A stretch of DNA of 63,915 nt, counting the filler, from Octopus bimaculoides (lineage: Eukaryota), in assembly GCF_001194135.2 (NCBI RefSeq). It is 7 parts of 7 records of this genome, joined end to end, with 100 filler letters (N's around TTAATTAATTAA, not from the genome) between each part and the next. Parts side by side here need not be neighbours in the genome. Positions count along the whole stretch, not along the records: positions 8,355 to 34,158 come from NC_068986.1; 6 more parts are not named here. One strand, written 5' to 3'. The notes beneath the pieces are model-generated. The model was not told where the DNA came from, made no database searches, and saw only the letters and a program-made list of their open reading frames with translations. The position numbers and the translations under genes are program-made. Shown in pieces: positions 14,405-27,839 of the stretch. Positions within the stretch are counted from its first letter, which is position 1; each line of letters opens with the position of its first letter.

Positions 14405-14602
14405 CTTTTACTCTTTTACTTGCTTCAGTCATTTGAATGCGTCCATGCTGTCGCACCACCTGTAGTAGAGTGAATCGACCCCAGGACTTATTCTTTGTAT
14501 GCCTAGTACTTATTCTATCGGTCTCTTTTGCCGAACCGCTAAGTTACGGGGACAAACACAGACACACAAACATACACACACACGTACATACATACATACA
14601 TA

Positions 14603-14648
<46 letters not shown>

Positions 14649-14802
14649 GGGCTTCTTTCAGTTTCCGTCTACCAAATCCACTCACAAGTCTTTGGTCGGC
14701 CCGAGGCTATAGTAGAAAACACTTGTCCAAGGTGCCACGCAGTGGGACTGAACCCGTAACCATGTGGTTGGTAAGCAAGCTACTTACCACACAGCCACTC
14801 CT
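14405..14802 (-). mobile_element. Composite type-1 SINE: tRNA head and body, internal (TA)n/(CA)n, distal module
   Basis: Head at 14645-14802, microsatellite at about 14560-14642, distal module at 14405-14560. The same order recurs at 20178, 34425 and 61160. Confidence 0.85.
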
Positions 14803-16760
14803 AGAGAGTAAATATGTCCAGATACCAAGCGCATGTTTTGTTTGTTTTGATTTTGTATCGCAATCTGGAGACATTCGCCTCGGATTAAACAAGCCAATAA
14901 GTGACACACTACATTTCTGGCTGTGGAAGTTACATAGATCTATATCATTGTAGATCAATAGTTTGAGACAACTTCTTAATGTAAAGCACCATCTGCTCTT
15001 CAGTTTCCTCAGCGACGTGTAAATCATTCTACGAATGACATAAGCACGCATGCACACAATGACACAATCATATACACACACATATGTACAACTGCATGCA
15101 TACACTCATACACATGCAGACCTATGTATACATGCATACACACATATATGTCTTTGTTTGTGTTTGTATGTATATATAGTTGACGTCATAAAATTTAGAA
15201 CGTCCAAGAACTTGGGACAATTCCGTTTAAGAATGGAGAATCTCGAAGAAGATAAAGCTATAAATCCTTTCTACTAAAAGCACAAAGCCTGAAAAGATAA
15301 AGCTATAAATAAAGGCGAGTAAATTTTGGGTTAAAATAACTTTTTGATAGAAAAGTCGATATATGTATTGAGAGAGGTGGGAGGGTGTGTGAGAAAGATT
15401 AAAATACACATACACACGTACATACACATATACATGAGTATATAAGCGAATTCATATAGATATACATAGACAGAGATAGAGAGAAAGAGATAGTCAGAGA
15501 AAGAGAGAGAGAGGGGGAGGGAGATAGTATGGATTGAATTACATGAATCGAATTCCTCTCCCTTTGAAAATTACAACCCCAACAGAACGCCAAAACGTCA
15601 ATTGACATTGGGAGCCTTAACCTAAGGGGCCACATATCCTCATATGACAGATTTCTGCACAGTTTCCACAACGGTCATACTAGGCTACAGCAGAAGACAT
15701 CTGCCTAAGCTATAGCGCTATGAGATTGAACGCGGACGTACACTGTTGTGAAATTAACTTCAAAGACACATAGTCATGCAACCACACACACATTTATATA
15801 AGCACCACGCGCTAACGTATCCGTACATACATGACTGACATTTTAATGTGTAAATGAAGAAACGGGTTCATTTTGATCAATAGATGGAGATATTTTCACA
15901 GTAAGGTCTTCAGCCAGTGAAGTAAGCATACACTACACTCAAAAGATTGTAATCATCTGCCGTGGCACGAAGCCAGTTCTTTTCCACGAATACCACAGTC
16001 TTTTGAGTTGAGCCCTGTATCGATGATGATATATTGGTATATCGATCCCGGTGATCCTATAATTAGCGGAACAAGACTAAACACTATGAAATCCTCAATC
16101 CATTGTTTTATAATTTTAGCCAATCCGCCATCCACACACCCTTGTAATCATTAACATTGATCATGAATTCAGATTATTACAAATGCATTGAGAAGATGAT
16201 AAAGCAAATAAAATAATCGACCTGCTTAATATGATAGCAAAAATATCCACATTTATATAAATGTAAGCGAAAAGAAAAAATATCAATATTATATAAAATA
16301 ATATTTGTGTTCAATAACATATAAGAATAATTTTCATACCGGCTCAATTTGCTAATATATGTCTGCAGGAAATGGCTAGAGCTGAGTGAGCCGACCTCAT
16401 TAGATGACTGATACTTATTTTATTGACCAAAAAAATAGGGATGAAAAGTAACCGTTTGTAAGATTTAGATTTGAACTCAAGATTGGGAAAAATGTATGTC
16501 CTCTTGTACTATTTTGGTCTCTGTCATATTGTAAGTTATTAAAAGTTTCAAGCAGTGTCATTTTAATAGTTAATTCGCTGAAGATGGTCATACAACACAA
16601 ATATTTAATACGCAAATATTCAACTAAAAAATGTAGATATATCCTATATATTCTTCTGTATCTGATCTGTTCAGATCCACTTTACATATCGCTGCACCCT
16701 ATCATCCCATGCAATATTTATTGCTACTCTCCTTTGATTGAATGTCAGAAATGAAGATGT

Positions 16761-16915
16761 ATAGCCTAGTGTTTAAAGTCACCATCATACGGTCACCATA
16801 CAGTCACCATCATACGGTCCTGGGTTCGATTCCTGAGACACATAGCACTTGTATCCTTGAACAAGGCATTCTACTTCTCGACGCTCCAGTCTACTTAAAT
16901 GAAATGAATCCTCAA
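16761..16915 (+). mobile_element. Diverged tRNA SINE with CORE-like centre (type 5 relative)
   Basis: ATAGCCTAGTG (A-box-like), GGTTCGATTCC (B box), TCCTTGAACAAGGCA...GCTCCAGTCTAC; internal GTCACCAT(CA)TAC triplication. Confidence 0.65.
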
Positions 16916-18282
16916 TGAGTGTTGGTGCAGCCATCTATCCTTCCTGATGTCAAATGTAGATTGTTCTGCTGGATCATATGTAATGAGTCTAGAAGTTGTT
17001 TATATTTGCTCGAATCTACACAGGAACATAAAACACATAATGCAAGATCAGTGTATGGTAATAAGTTATAATTTCTTGCAAAAGATGGTTACGGTTTGAA
17101 TAATAGATGACAGCCAGGATGTTTAATATGATAGCAAAAATAACATTACGAATTGTTTCTCTAGACCTTATTTGTCTTTGAAATTTGAAGATACTCTCGG
17201 CAAAGCTTCTTTATATATATTCAGAATTAGGAGGCATATGTAAACAATGATACACGCCATAAATACTACCAGAGCCTTCAAGAATTGTCTTATTTTACCC
17301 ACTTCTAGAATAAACATATTGAACAATTCTATGAATTCATCGAGCAGCTGGAAGCGAATTTTACAAAAACAGGCAAAAACGTTTTAACTTTCACTTCTAA
17401 AATATTTTCCTTTGGCTCGAGTATTGCCTAGTTGTTTTCTGTCCGGAAAAAAACGTCAATTCTGAAAAGTTACTCATAATTAAGTTACTTTTAATACACA
17501 CAAAGAACATATATTTGAAAGGCTCCAAAACTAGTGCAAATATTTCCTTCCATAAGAAATTTGCTGGATTGTCACAGCAACCACATGAGTATATTGCCTA
17601 ATATATAAGCCAGGGTCTAGGAATTTTGTTTTTCAGTTATATTCACTTATTCAAGCCTAGCCAGTTGCTGAAACACTACAAAGCTAAAAGTGAGATGCAC
17701 AGTACAGAACTTTAGCCCTAAACACAACAACGGTGCAACTGTAAATGCAAAAAATATCCGATTAGTTTTCAAAAACTCACAAAGATATAGAATACTACAA
17801 CTATAAAACACGTTTTAAGCACATAGTTCAGCCTCACATACTGAAAGTACTTGCTCGCATATGCAACAGATATACTTAAGGCTAATAGCGACTTATGCCA
17901 TTCATAACTTAGCAGCGCCAATTTCATACATTATCAAAATACTATAAATTGTCTGTTGCTTTGTGAATAGACATTCAGTTAATATGGCAATGAAGGTTGA
18001 AAATTACTTGATACAGACTGTTTCTAATGCTGCACACATTACTATAATGTCGGGCGAAAAATATTATATGAATCCAGTGGCGTTTTCTATCTAAATATAA
18101 CATATCTAAATTTAAACAGATGCATTAAAACATCGTATTACGACGATAATCAGCCGAAGGAAATTAAACGAAAGAAGTAGTTAAGGTTAAGTATAAAATG
18201 CATCGAGATTTGTAATATACATATTTTTGTATGTATGTTTCGCTTTTGTTTTTAATCATTTAAATTGTTCCTATAAAGAAGG

Positions 18283-18715
18283 AGCTGGTTTCTAAGAAAG
18301 ATACAATGCTCCATCATTAGAAAGTGGATAAAAGTCACGTTTAAAACCTGAGAAAAGTCTTGCATAATTTTGCTGTTCCGCTTACAGATTGTATATATTT
18401 AATGTCAAAGTCAGCTGGTTGATTTCTATATCTGAAAATTCAAGCTAATCCAGACTGACAATTAGGTATTTACTTACAAAACCAAGTGCTCCAGTTATTA
18501 TGGCTATAAATATACATTTGTAATCCGGATATGCAAGCTGGAAGTTTCGAAGCAGTTGTCCAAAGTTATCTTCAAAGTTTCAGAGAGATATTCTCATCAG
18601 CAGGGCGGCTGACCTCTGCGACGGTACACACGTTTCTTGACAGTCCCAAATAAGAATATCCGGCCTTATGATTTCACTTGACACATGTTTTGATGGGGAT
18701 GTTCCATTAGTATTC
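18283..18715 (-). mobile_element. 3' relic of an RLE-type LINE, same family as 322-655
   Basis: Minus-strand translation across frameshifts gives RPDILIWD, EVSRPADENISLK and QLLRNFQLAYPDYKCIFIAIITGALGFV; 3' UTR resembles 585-640. Confidence 0.75.
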
Positions 18716-19199
18716 CTTGTGCTGATATTTATATTCCTATTCAATAACAGAGGGATTCTCTATATCTCTTCTAGGACTTCCTTTTTCGAGTGGCTTTGTA
18801 TGTATGCATGAATGAATGTATATATATNNNNNNNNNNNNNNNNNNNNNNNNNNNNNNNNNNNNNNNNNNNNNNNNNNNNNNNNNNNNNNNNNNNNNNNNN
18901 NNNNNNNNNNNNNNNNNNNNNNNNNNNNNNNNNNNNNNNNNNNNNNNNNNNNNNNNNNNNNNNNNNNNNNNNNNNNNNNNNNNNNNNNNNNNNNNNNNNN
19001 NNNNNNNNNNNNNNNNNNNNNNNNNNNATATATATATATTTATGTATGTATGTACAATTGAAAATTACTGTAGTAATATTGTACATTGCTACTACTGTTC
19101 CTTACATGACGCCTATTCACACAGGACATTTTCATCTACCTCATCAGAACATGCATGGCACCTTGGGCAGATGTCACCACTATCAATGTCTTGCGAGGG

Positions 19200-19241
<42 letters not shown>

Positions 19242-20177
19242 GGCTTCCACAGATTTCTGTAAACCAGATTCTCTCTCATGCATACATACTTTCTCATCCA
19301 TACACACTACAAATATATCTATATTACAAATCTATATCCATTTTATACTTAACTTTAACCTGTTCTTTCTTTTAATTTCCTTCGACTATTTATCGCTGTA
19401 ACACGATGTTTTAATGCATTTGCTTAAATTTAGATATCTTCTGTTTAGATAATAAGCTATGCCTGATTCATAATTTTTTGTGGGCCTGTCGCTAAAGTAA
19501 TGTAAGCAGCATTAGAAACACTTCTGTATCAGGTAATTTTCAGCCTTCATTGTAATTTTAACTGACTGTCGATTCACAAAATAACAAAATAACAAAAGGG
19601 AATTATTAGTGTACTATACTCTCATTCATTTATTTACTTATCTATTAATTTTCGTGTAGTTATAACAAATTACTTTTGTGTTGAAGGCTCCTCTTATAAT
19701 TTGATTTATTTGTTGAAGAATTCCTATTCATAAACTAGTTCCAGCATTAAAAACGGCATGAGATGTATCAGAAAAAAAATTCCGTGTATCTATTCAAAAT
19801 ATGTCTTACAATATCCAATTTCGTAAACCAACTCATATAATTTTATACAGAAATTATACTTCAATTGTATGTACAACAGAAACTATAATTGCGTAACTAT
19901 ATATTGAAATTGCTTACTTTAGTTCGTACAATGTTGAATGTTGAGCAATGTTAGCAAAGACGCAACTCCTTAAATTCTGGAGAGGGTTAAATAATCGATC
20001 TTCTCGACCATCTTACTTAACCACTGCGTAATGTATGGGCTCTGAAATAATGAAACTCACTGTCTAATCTAATTAAACCTCAAATTGTGTACGAGCATAA
20101 ATAATGTGACAATAATCTTTTACATCGCTCACCCGATCCAGTTTGTCAGACGTAAAGAGGTGACGTAAAATCTTTGT

Positions 20178-20396
20178 CTTTTACTGCTTTCAGTCACTAA
20201 TCTGTGGTCATGCTAGAGCATTGCCTTAAAGGGTTTGGTTGAACAAATCAATCCGAATACTTATTTTCCAAGTCAGCACTTATAATATCGAATCTTGTTT
20301 TGCCGAACCGCAAACTTACAGGGACGTAAACAAAGACTGCTTCTCGACCAGAGGGATGGAGAAGCACAAAAACATATAGATACACACACACACACT

Positions 20397-20429
<33 letters not shown>

Positions 20430-20700
20430 ACACACACACACACATATATNNNNNNNNNNNNNNNNNNNNNNNNNNNNNNNNNNNNNNNNNNNNNNNNNNN
20501 NNNNNNNNNNNNNNNNNNNNNNNNNNNNNNNNNNNNNNNNNNNNNNNNNNNNNNNNNNNNNNNNNNNNNATATATATATATATATATATATACAAGACCG
20601 ACTCCACACAGTTTCCTCCTGCTAAATTCACTAGCAAGGCATTCGTCAGCCCGGAGATATAGAAGACTCTTGCCTAATGTTCTACATTATGGGACTGAAT
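20178..20700 (-). mobile_element. Diverged composite type-1 SINE spanning a gap
   Basis: Distal module at 20178-20345, (CA)n/(TA)n plus gap, then diverged head and body at 20605-20700. Confidence 0.6.
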
Positions 20701-21453
20701 ATGAAATACGTGATTTTCAAAGTGAGCTTCTTACAGGCATGCCTTCACCCATGTGTGAAAAAATCGATGTGATAAAAATTAAACATGCATGGGCATTTAC
20801 ATGATATCTTTATCTCATAAAATTATAGGTGTTTGTTTTAGAATACCACTTACTGCAAAATGAAACATCGTAGGGATCGTACATGCTGTGGTTGCAACGG
20901 ATGTTTCTTTTATGCAGAGCATTCCAGAACATTTCCAACGTTGTCTGCAATTCATTACGCAACAATTTTCTTGTCTGAATTATTGTATACTAATGTCTTT
21001 TTATATGCAAACCCACACACATAGAGCCGTACACTAACATACTCACATGCAATGTCTCACAAGCTAACATAAACATATACATCCAAACATATATATGTGT
21101 GAGTGCGAAAATTTGTGTATAATTTGTAAGAACCAAGAGAAACGTATTCAATACATGTAGAATATAACTATTTTGATCTCCTTACCACCGAATTTTCACG
21201 AATGTATAGTCAACTAGACAGCTGATGCTGGTCTATACTGCTACCGTGGCAATAAGGTTTTGATGGTTAACACATCTGCACTTAATTTGTTGTTAAAATT
21301 TATTTCAATTTTTTCTACTGACGGCCACTTCAGAGTGCTGGAATATATGCAGATGAAGAAAAATGAGCTATTTCAAAGATGCTTTGTATAATGATATGGA
21401 TGTCGTTTGATATATGTAAGCTACCAGGTGTAAAACATTTGTTTTATTATTCA

Positions 21454-21493
<40 letters not shown>

Positions 21494-22158
21494 ATATATA
21501 TAGGGGTAATGTAACCATCTAAGGGATAGAAGTATCCATAGGCACTCCTGGTATTACTTCAGTATGTATGGTCCTTGTTATAAGGTATACGGTGGTAGGT
21601 AATTTAAAAGGAAAAACTGTAGTGTAATATATTTAAGAAATGGAGCAATAAATAACAGCGAGAAGTGGATCATTAGTATTTTAAAGTCATTATTTAATTA
21701 AAATAAGAGTATGTTTACAGCCGTTTCAATATATCAATCTTGGGAAAATTTGCATTTACCTCGTTGCAATTGATAGACATCAACAGAACGATTATTTGGA
21801 AAATATAAATGGAAGAGGAAAAAAGAAAGAAATGACTTTATAACACCAATGATCCACTTCGCATTGTTATGTATTACTCCATGTTTTATCGTCTTTATAT
21901 ATATATATATATATNNNNNNNNNNNNNNNNNNNNNNNNNNNNNNNNNNNNNNNNNNNNNNNNNNNNNNNNNNNNNNNNNNNNNNNNNNNNNNNNNNNNNN
22001 NNNNNNNNNNNNNNNNNNNNNNNNNNNNNNNNNNNNNNNNNNNNNNNNNNNNNNNNNNNNNNNNNNNNNNNNNNNNNNNNNNNNNNNNNNNNNNNNNNNN
22101 NNNNNNNNNNNNNNNNNNNNNNNNNNNNNNNNNNNNNNNNNNTATATTCACACATATC

Positions 22159-22219
<61 letters not shown>

Positions 22220-23155
22220 ATGTTTGTGAGTGTGTGTGTGTCCATGTTTATGTGTGTGTAATCATTTTTGTCGGTTATCAACAATACGTACCTGCATCGA
22301 ATCGAGGAGGAATTGGATCTTTTTAATTCGTTATTTTGATTCATTATTGAATTCAGTTCTTACATGTGCATTGCCGCGGTACATCATCGAATAGTTTTTA
22401 CACTATTTATATATAGTAACAGACAGGCGATTCTATATGATTTCATCTTTTCCTCACATATGATATTTAAGCCGCGCTTCCATCGCCGTACGACATTCTA
22501 CAATACAAAACGGATCAAGAAATTAAATGATAGTGAGACATCTGTACATTCCACTTAAGAGGCAAAAGCTTGTGAAACACTTTTTCTACGCCCTCGAGTT
22601 CCAGTGACCAATTGTAGGTTCTAGTGACAAGCTCGGAAAAATGACTGGTACTATATTGACTGCATGATTTATGTGAGAGTAACTTTCTCCGAGAAGAGGT
22701 GTTTTCCCCACTGCTTTGTCAAGTTAATTTTTCATGTGATATCGAAATGGAAGGAAAGAAAACAGTTAAGATAGTGCTGCAATATTTAATGAATTTAGCA
22801 TTATATATCTAATTACATATACTTAATGAGAAAAGGCACAAACCACATTTACTAAGTGACTGATATAATTTTTGCCATTTACGGGAGAAATAAGCCTGAG
22901 CATAATTTGCTTTACTATTAGACCCGCCTAGTAAGCCGTAAACTTTATCATACTATCCGATAAATGTTATCTTTTTCTCATCGCATAATTGTTTTTAATT
23001 AGGTATTAAATTTTCATAACAGTAAATATATTTATGCCAGACTATTGAAGCACAGTCATATATATATATATATGTGTGTGTGTGAGTTTGTGTATTTGTA
23101 TGTAAAGAATAAAAATTTTTGAATGACACAACAATGCACTATAATACAAACAATG

Positions 23156-23199
<44 letters not shown>

Positions 23200-23229
23200 G
23201 GGCAAAATACACGTTATTGAGAATGGCGT

Positions 23230-24100
23230 GGGTCAGGAAAGTAACTCCCTCCTAAATTCCTGAAATCTACTGTGTATAATGTACGACCTTTGTAGATTTA
23301 CGACAAAACAGCGATATCTTTTAAGGATAAAATATCTTCTCCATTTTGTACGAGAAATCCTATAATCCAGTAACCATCCTGATGCAAGGTATTTCAAATG
23401 ATCCTGTTCGATGATAATTTCCATCAAATTTTAAGAAAGTTTGCAAAAGCTACTGTGTAAACTGAAGTGGGAGTCATTGCATGAGGATATTCCGATCTTC
23501 AAAAGTTTTGGCACGTAAATCAGGAAAAGGGAACTGCTTGGTATATTTTCGCCAATCTGATTTTCTCTACATGCCTGTGGTGTAGCTGAGTAAATGTCAG
23601 GTAGAATCAGTTTCTTCAAAAGGTTGAAGAGCACCAATTGCATGTATTGAAGTATTATTTATTTTGATTTTGATGAAGTTATAGTAGTACAATTTCCCTC
23701 AATTTTGTTTATATATTTTTTTCCTAGATCATAATTCCTTCGAAATACTCGAGTTGCTACAGTTGAAATTTCGAGTAACTGAGAAAGATTTGGTAATACC
23801 TGGTTTCACAAGAAAGTAACCTCAAGTAATAAATACAGTGCTGACGTGTTCGTTTTCTTCGGCATACCATCTGTTTCAAGCATTTTAAAATTAAAAATAG
23901 ATGAAAACGTAAAATCTCTATATTTCGTACGTCATACTTCAATGCTAATGTTGTATCATTGTATCTTTGCATAGAATTCCTCCATTAATGTGATCATAGA
24001 TTATTAGTGTACAAAATACAATGACAGGTGAAAGGGAGAGTGTATTACATTTTCTTCAACAATTTGATTAATGAAAACTATACAAGAAACGGAGGTACTC
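23230..24100 (-). mobile_element. Possible highly decayed L1/Tx1-type LINE relic
   Basis: Weak resemblance only: RYNDTTLALKYDVRNIE resembles QYADDTTL, plus DHLKYLASGWLLDY; many stops. Confidence 0.3.
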
Positions 24101-24404
24101 AATTGAGTATGGGAATACGATTGAATATGAAGACACTACTCTTGAATAAGCAACTACAGCTTTTATTTCATCAACTGCTGTATTCGTATTTGTTAAATTT
24201 GTTGAAGAGTGGACGTTTAATTATGTGATATATAATACTAATGTCTTTCAATCATTTCAGTTATTCATTTTTGATAGTAAAACACTGGAATTTGAAACAA
24301 GAAGATTGCTAAATTTATCGTTTAAGAGAATAGGAAAAGTAAATACAATTAAAAGGATTACAAAGTTAGTTGGAAGATATTCTGAAATATGTTGTTGTTC
24401 TTCT

Positions 24405-24466
<62 letters not shown>

Positions 24467-24667
24467 GTTTGTCTTCTGTCTGTCTGACTGTCAATCTATC
24501 TATCTAGCTTGCTAGCTAGTTAGCTAACTATTTGTCTACCTGTCAATCTATTCATTTATCTATGTGTTTATATACATACATGCACTCATCCAGTCATGCA
24601 CACACAGATACACACACACGCACATATTTATATAGGGGGTAGACGTGACTGTGTGATGTGACGCACA

Positions 24668-25290
24668 ATTATTTACGGAGCACAGGTACCAGCAAGCTAT
24701 GGCAATAGCCTAAAAAAGACCAAGCATTGTATTGGATCTGTGGAAGGAATATTAAAATTCACATAGAGCAACCATCTTTCGATCTTTAGACACCGACCGA
24801 AGAGACATACAACAACCCTCTCGAGATTGATCTGGAGAATTAAAGACAAAAACGTCAACTGCGACATCAAATGGAAAATTCCTTCCAAGACCGAATCCTA
24901 TATTAACAGATAAAAAAGATATTTAATGTATTCGCTCGAAAACCTGGATCTTTTAAAACAACTTAAGAAACTTCAATGATAGCACGAATTCAAGGAACTA
25001 AATTTCTTCATTATGTCTCCATTTAAAAAATACATCTGAGCGGAAATTACATAGACCACCGGACACATCATAAACTACTCCAGTCTCGTTTATGTAATTT
25101 TAATATCTGTACGACATTATGGATATGTTTGCTGTAGGGTTTGTTGTATGCGCTCTGTTTTTTCTATGTTTTTCCCCGGAGTTTTCTGTATGAGCGTTCT
25201 CATTCAAATTTCTACTGCTTCGGACGCAGTTAAACAGTTTCATTTTTAACAGCTTGATAAATCGCAAAATAAATATTTCGACCAGGAAAC
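24668..25290 (+). mobile_element. Penelope-like element 3' part: GIY-YIG endonuclease remnant plus terminal sequence
   Basis: IIYGAQV...KHCIGSVEGILKFT*SNHLSIFRHRPKRHTTTLSRLIWRIKDKNVNCDIKWKI matches the PLE GIY-YIG pattern (IY...YIG..F..R..NH..SF...T.LS..IW.LK...IKW.I). Confidence 0.8.
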
Positions 25291-25309
25291 CCTGAGTACC
25301 TCTATTTCA

Positions 25310-27600
25310 CAAGGCCTGAGCATTCTGAATAGGGATCTGGGACGAATTTGTAGGGCATAATGATGAAGCAGAGTGGCTGCAGGAAATCCAAAATAGGTTC
25401 AGAATTATAGAAGGCCGAAAAGACATAAAGATAACTACAGAAATAATAAAAAAGAATTAAGAATATTCCCCAACTGGAACACCACAAGACTGGATGGGAT
25501 TCAAGAAGAAACTGAGAGGGCTCCATGAAAGGATAGCGCAACAGTTAGATGAGTGCTTCCAGGAAGGTGCAGAACCCAGCTGGATGATAAAGGGAAAGAC
25601 ACTGTTATGTGCTAATGATACTGAAAAGAGAAAAGCTGCATCCGACTTTCAACCAATAACGTGTCTTCCGCTAATGTGGAAACTAATGTCAGGTGTTTTG
25701 GCCGCTGAACGGTATAGATGCTTTTAAAAAAGTGGACTACTACATATTGAACAGAAATGGTGTTGAAAGAGGAGCTGGGGAACGAAGGATTAGCTCTCAA
25801 TTGATAATCTAATTATCAGGAGCTGCAAGAGAAGACACACAAGCCTGAGCATGCCATGGGTTGACAATCATAAAGTATAGATATACCAAACACCTGGACA
25901 ATAAGAACAATGAAAATGTATGGAGTATCAGAAAACATGATAAGCCTTATATGGAACAATATGAAGTGTTGAAGAACGAAATTGACAGCAGGGAAACAAG
26001 TATTAGGACAGGTGAAAATCAAGAGAGGAATCATTCTGGGGGACAGTGTGTTCCCAATAATCTTTGTGCTGGGAATGATCCCCTTGAGTAAAATACTACA
26101 GAAAATAAAGTTGGGGTATGATCTAGGAAGATCTAAGGAAAACTGAACCACTTGCTATTCATGGACAGCCTAGTCAAGTCTGTGCGAATTTTCTCCAATG
26201 CTATTGAGATGTAGTTTGGGTTCTCAAAATGTGCTACGATGGTGGTGAGACGAGGAAAGCTTGTCAGGACAAAAGGCATATGGCTGCCAAGTGGAGAAAT
26301 GATGAAGGCAATACAACCTCAATCCGGCTATAAATACCTGGGAATAATTGAGGCAGACGGAATTAAACACAACGACATGAAGGAAACGACAGAAAGAGAG
26401 TACCTGCAGCGTGTGAGAAGAATTTTGGCTTCAAACCTGAATGTGAAAAACATAATTTTGGCAATAAACTCGCGTGCAGGCGCAGTAGTTTGGTATGACG
26501 CTGGAATGCTGCGTAGACAGAGAAGGATAAAAGAGATGCAAAGGAAGTCAACAAATCTCCTGACGATTCATGGAGCCCATCATTCAGGTGCAGACACTGA
26601 TCGCCTAAACATGAAGAGAGCAAATGGAGAAAGGACTGATTAGTGTGGAAGACTGCGTACGTATCAAACTCGAAAGCTTAATGAGACACCTAGCTCAAAG
26701 TAACGAAACCTTGCTAGAGTCAGTTAAGAACGAGGGAGGATTGAAAGCAGAGAAACGACGAAAAACAAAGGAAGAAGTACAAAAGAACATGCAGAAGAAC
26801 TACGCAACAAGAGACTACACAATCAATTCCATGTAGCCACAACAGACGTTGCTGGAAAAATAGGTGGTATTGGCTGATGAAAGGAACACTAAAAAAAGAG
26901 ACCGAGAGTACTATACTGGTAGCGCAAGACCAAGCTTTGGTCACGAATTGGAGGATCAGTCTTTGGAATGAGCAAGTGTCTCCGCTGTGCCGCATCTGTA
27001 ATAGAGTGGGTGAAACCAATGCCCATATCACGAACGAATGCCCTAGACTTGCTCAAGACCACTACAAGTTGTGGCGACACGATCATGTAGCAAAAGTGCT
27101 ACAATGGAAACTGTATAAAAAGTGTGGGCTAGAGAAAGGCAAGACGTGGTATGATCACAAAGTGGCGGAGGCGGAGACTAGAAAAATCCACTGGGATTTC
27201 CCAACCCAAACAGATCAGATGCTAAAGTTTAACAGACGAAACCTAGTGGTAGTCAACAAGGTGCACCACATGTGCTATATAGTTGATGTTGCATGCCCTT
27301 TTAACCCACGAACAGTCAAGAATGAAAGCGAAAAAATAGATTAATACAACCGGCTACGGAAAATGAAGAAGGTGGCCCATTATCGTTCGGACAGTATCAG
27401 AATGTATCAAGAGGGATATAAAGGAAATTGGAATAGAGTTCCCAGCAGAAATATTACAAAAGGTTTGACTTCTTGGTACAGCCAGAATAATCAGGAAAGT
27501 ATTATATAGCTGAAATGAACAGATAGCATGGTACCGTAGGCTGCAGGTAGCTAGGCATACAAGACTCCAGGAGTTCCAACAAAACCTGTGATAAAAAGGA
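25310..27600 (+). mobile_element. 5'-truncated R4/Dong-clade non-LTR retrotransposon (RT, CCHC, RLE), pseudogenised
   Basis: Motifs GIWD..VGHNDEAEWL, PITCLPLMWKLMSG, RGIILGDSVFP, NHLLFMD, YKYLGIIE, CRICNRVGETNAHITNEC (CCHC), RHDHVAK, WDFPTQTD and IVDVACPFN; the element ends in (TAA)n. Confidence 0.9.
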
Positions 27601-27603
27601 ATG

Positions 27604-27670
<67 letters not shown>
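27601..27670. repeat. (TAA)n microsatellite abutting the Dong 3' end
   Basis: About 22 units seen directly. Confidence 0.97.
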
Positions 27671-27672
<2 letters not shown>

Positions 27673-27839
27673 TACACACACATATGCAGGGTGCGATGGG
27701 TAAATTGTCGACATTTTACATTTTTAATTTTGCGCATGCTCATTGTTTGTTTTTGATTTTGTCTACTACACAGTATAGTAGGGTCAGTTGGGTACCGGTT
27801 GTGAGAAAAACAGCACCATGACGCAATTCACTCTACAAG

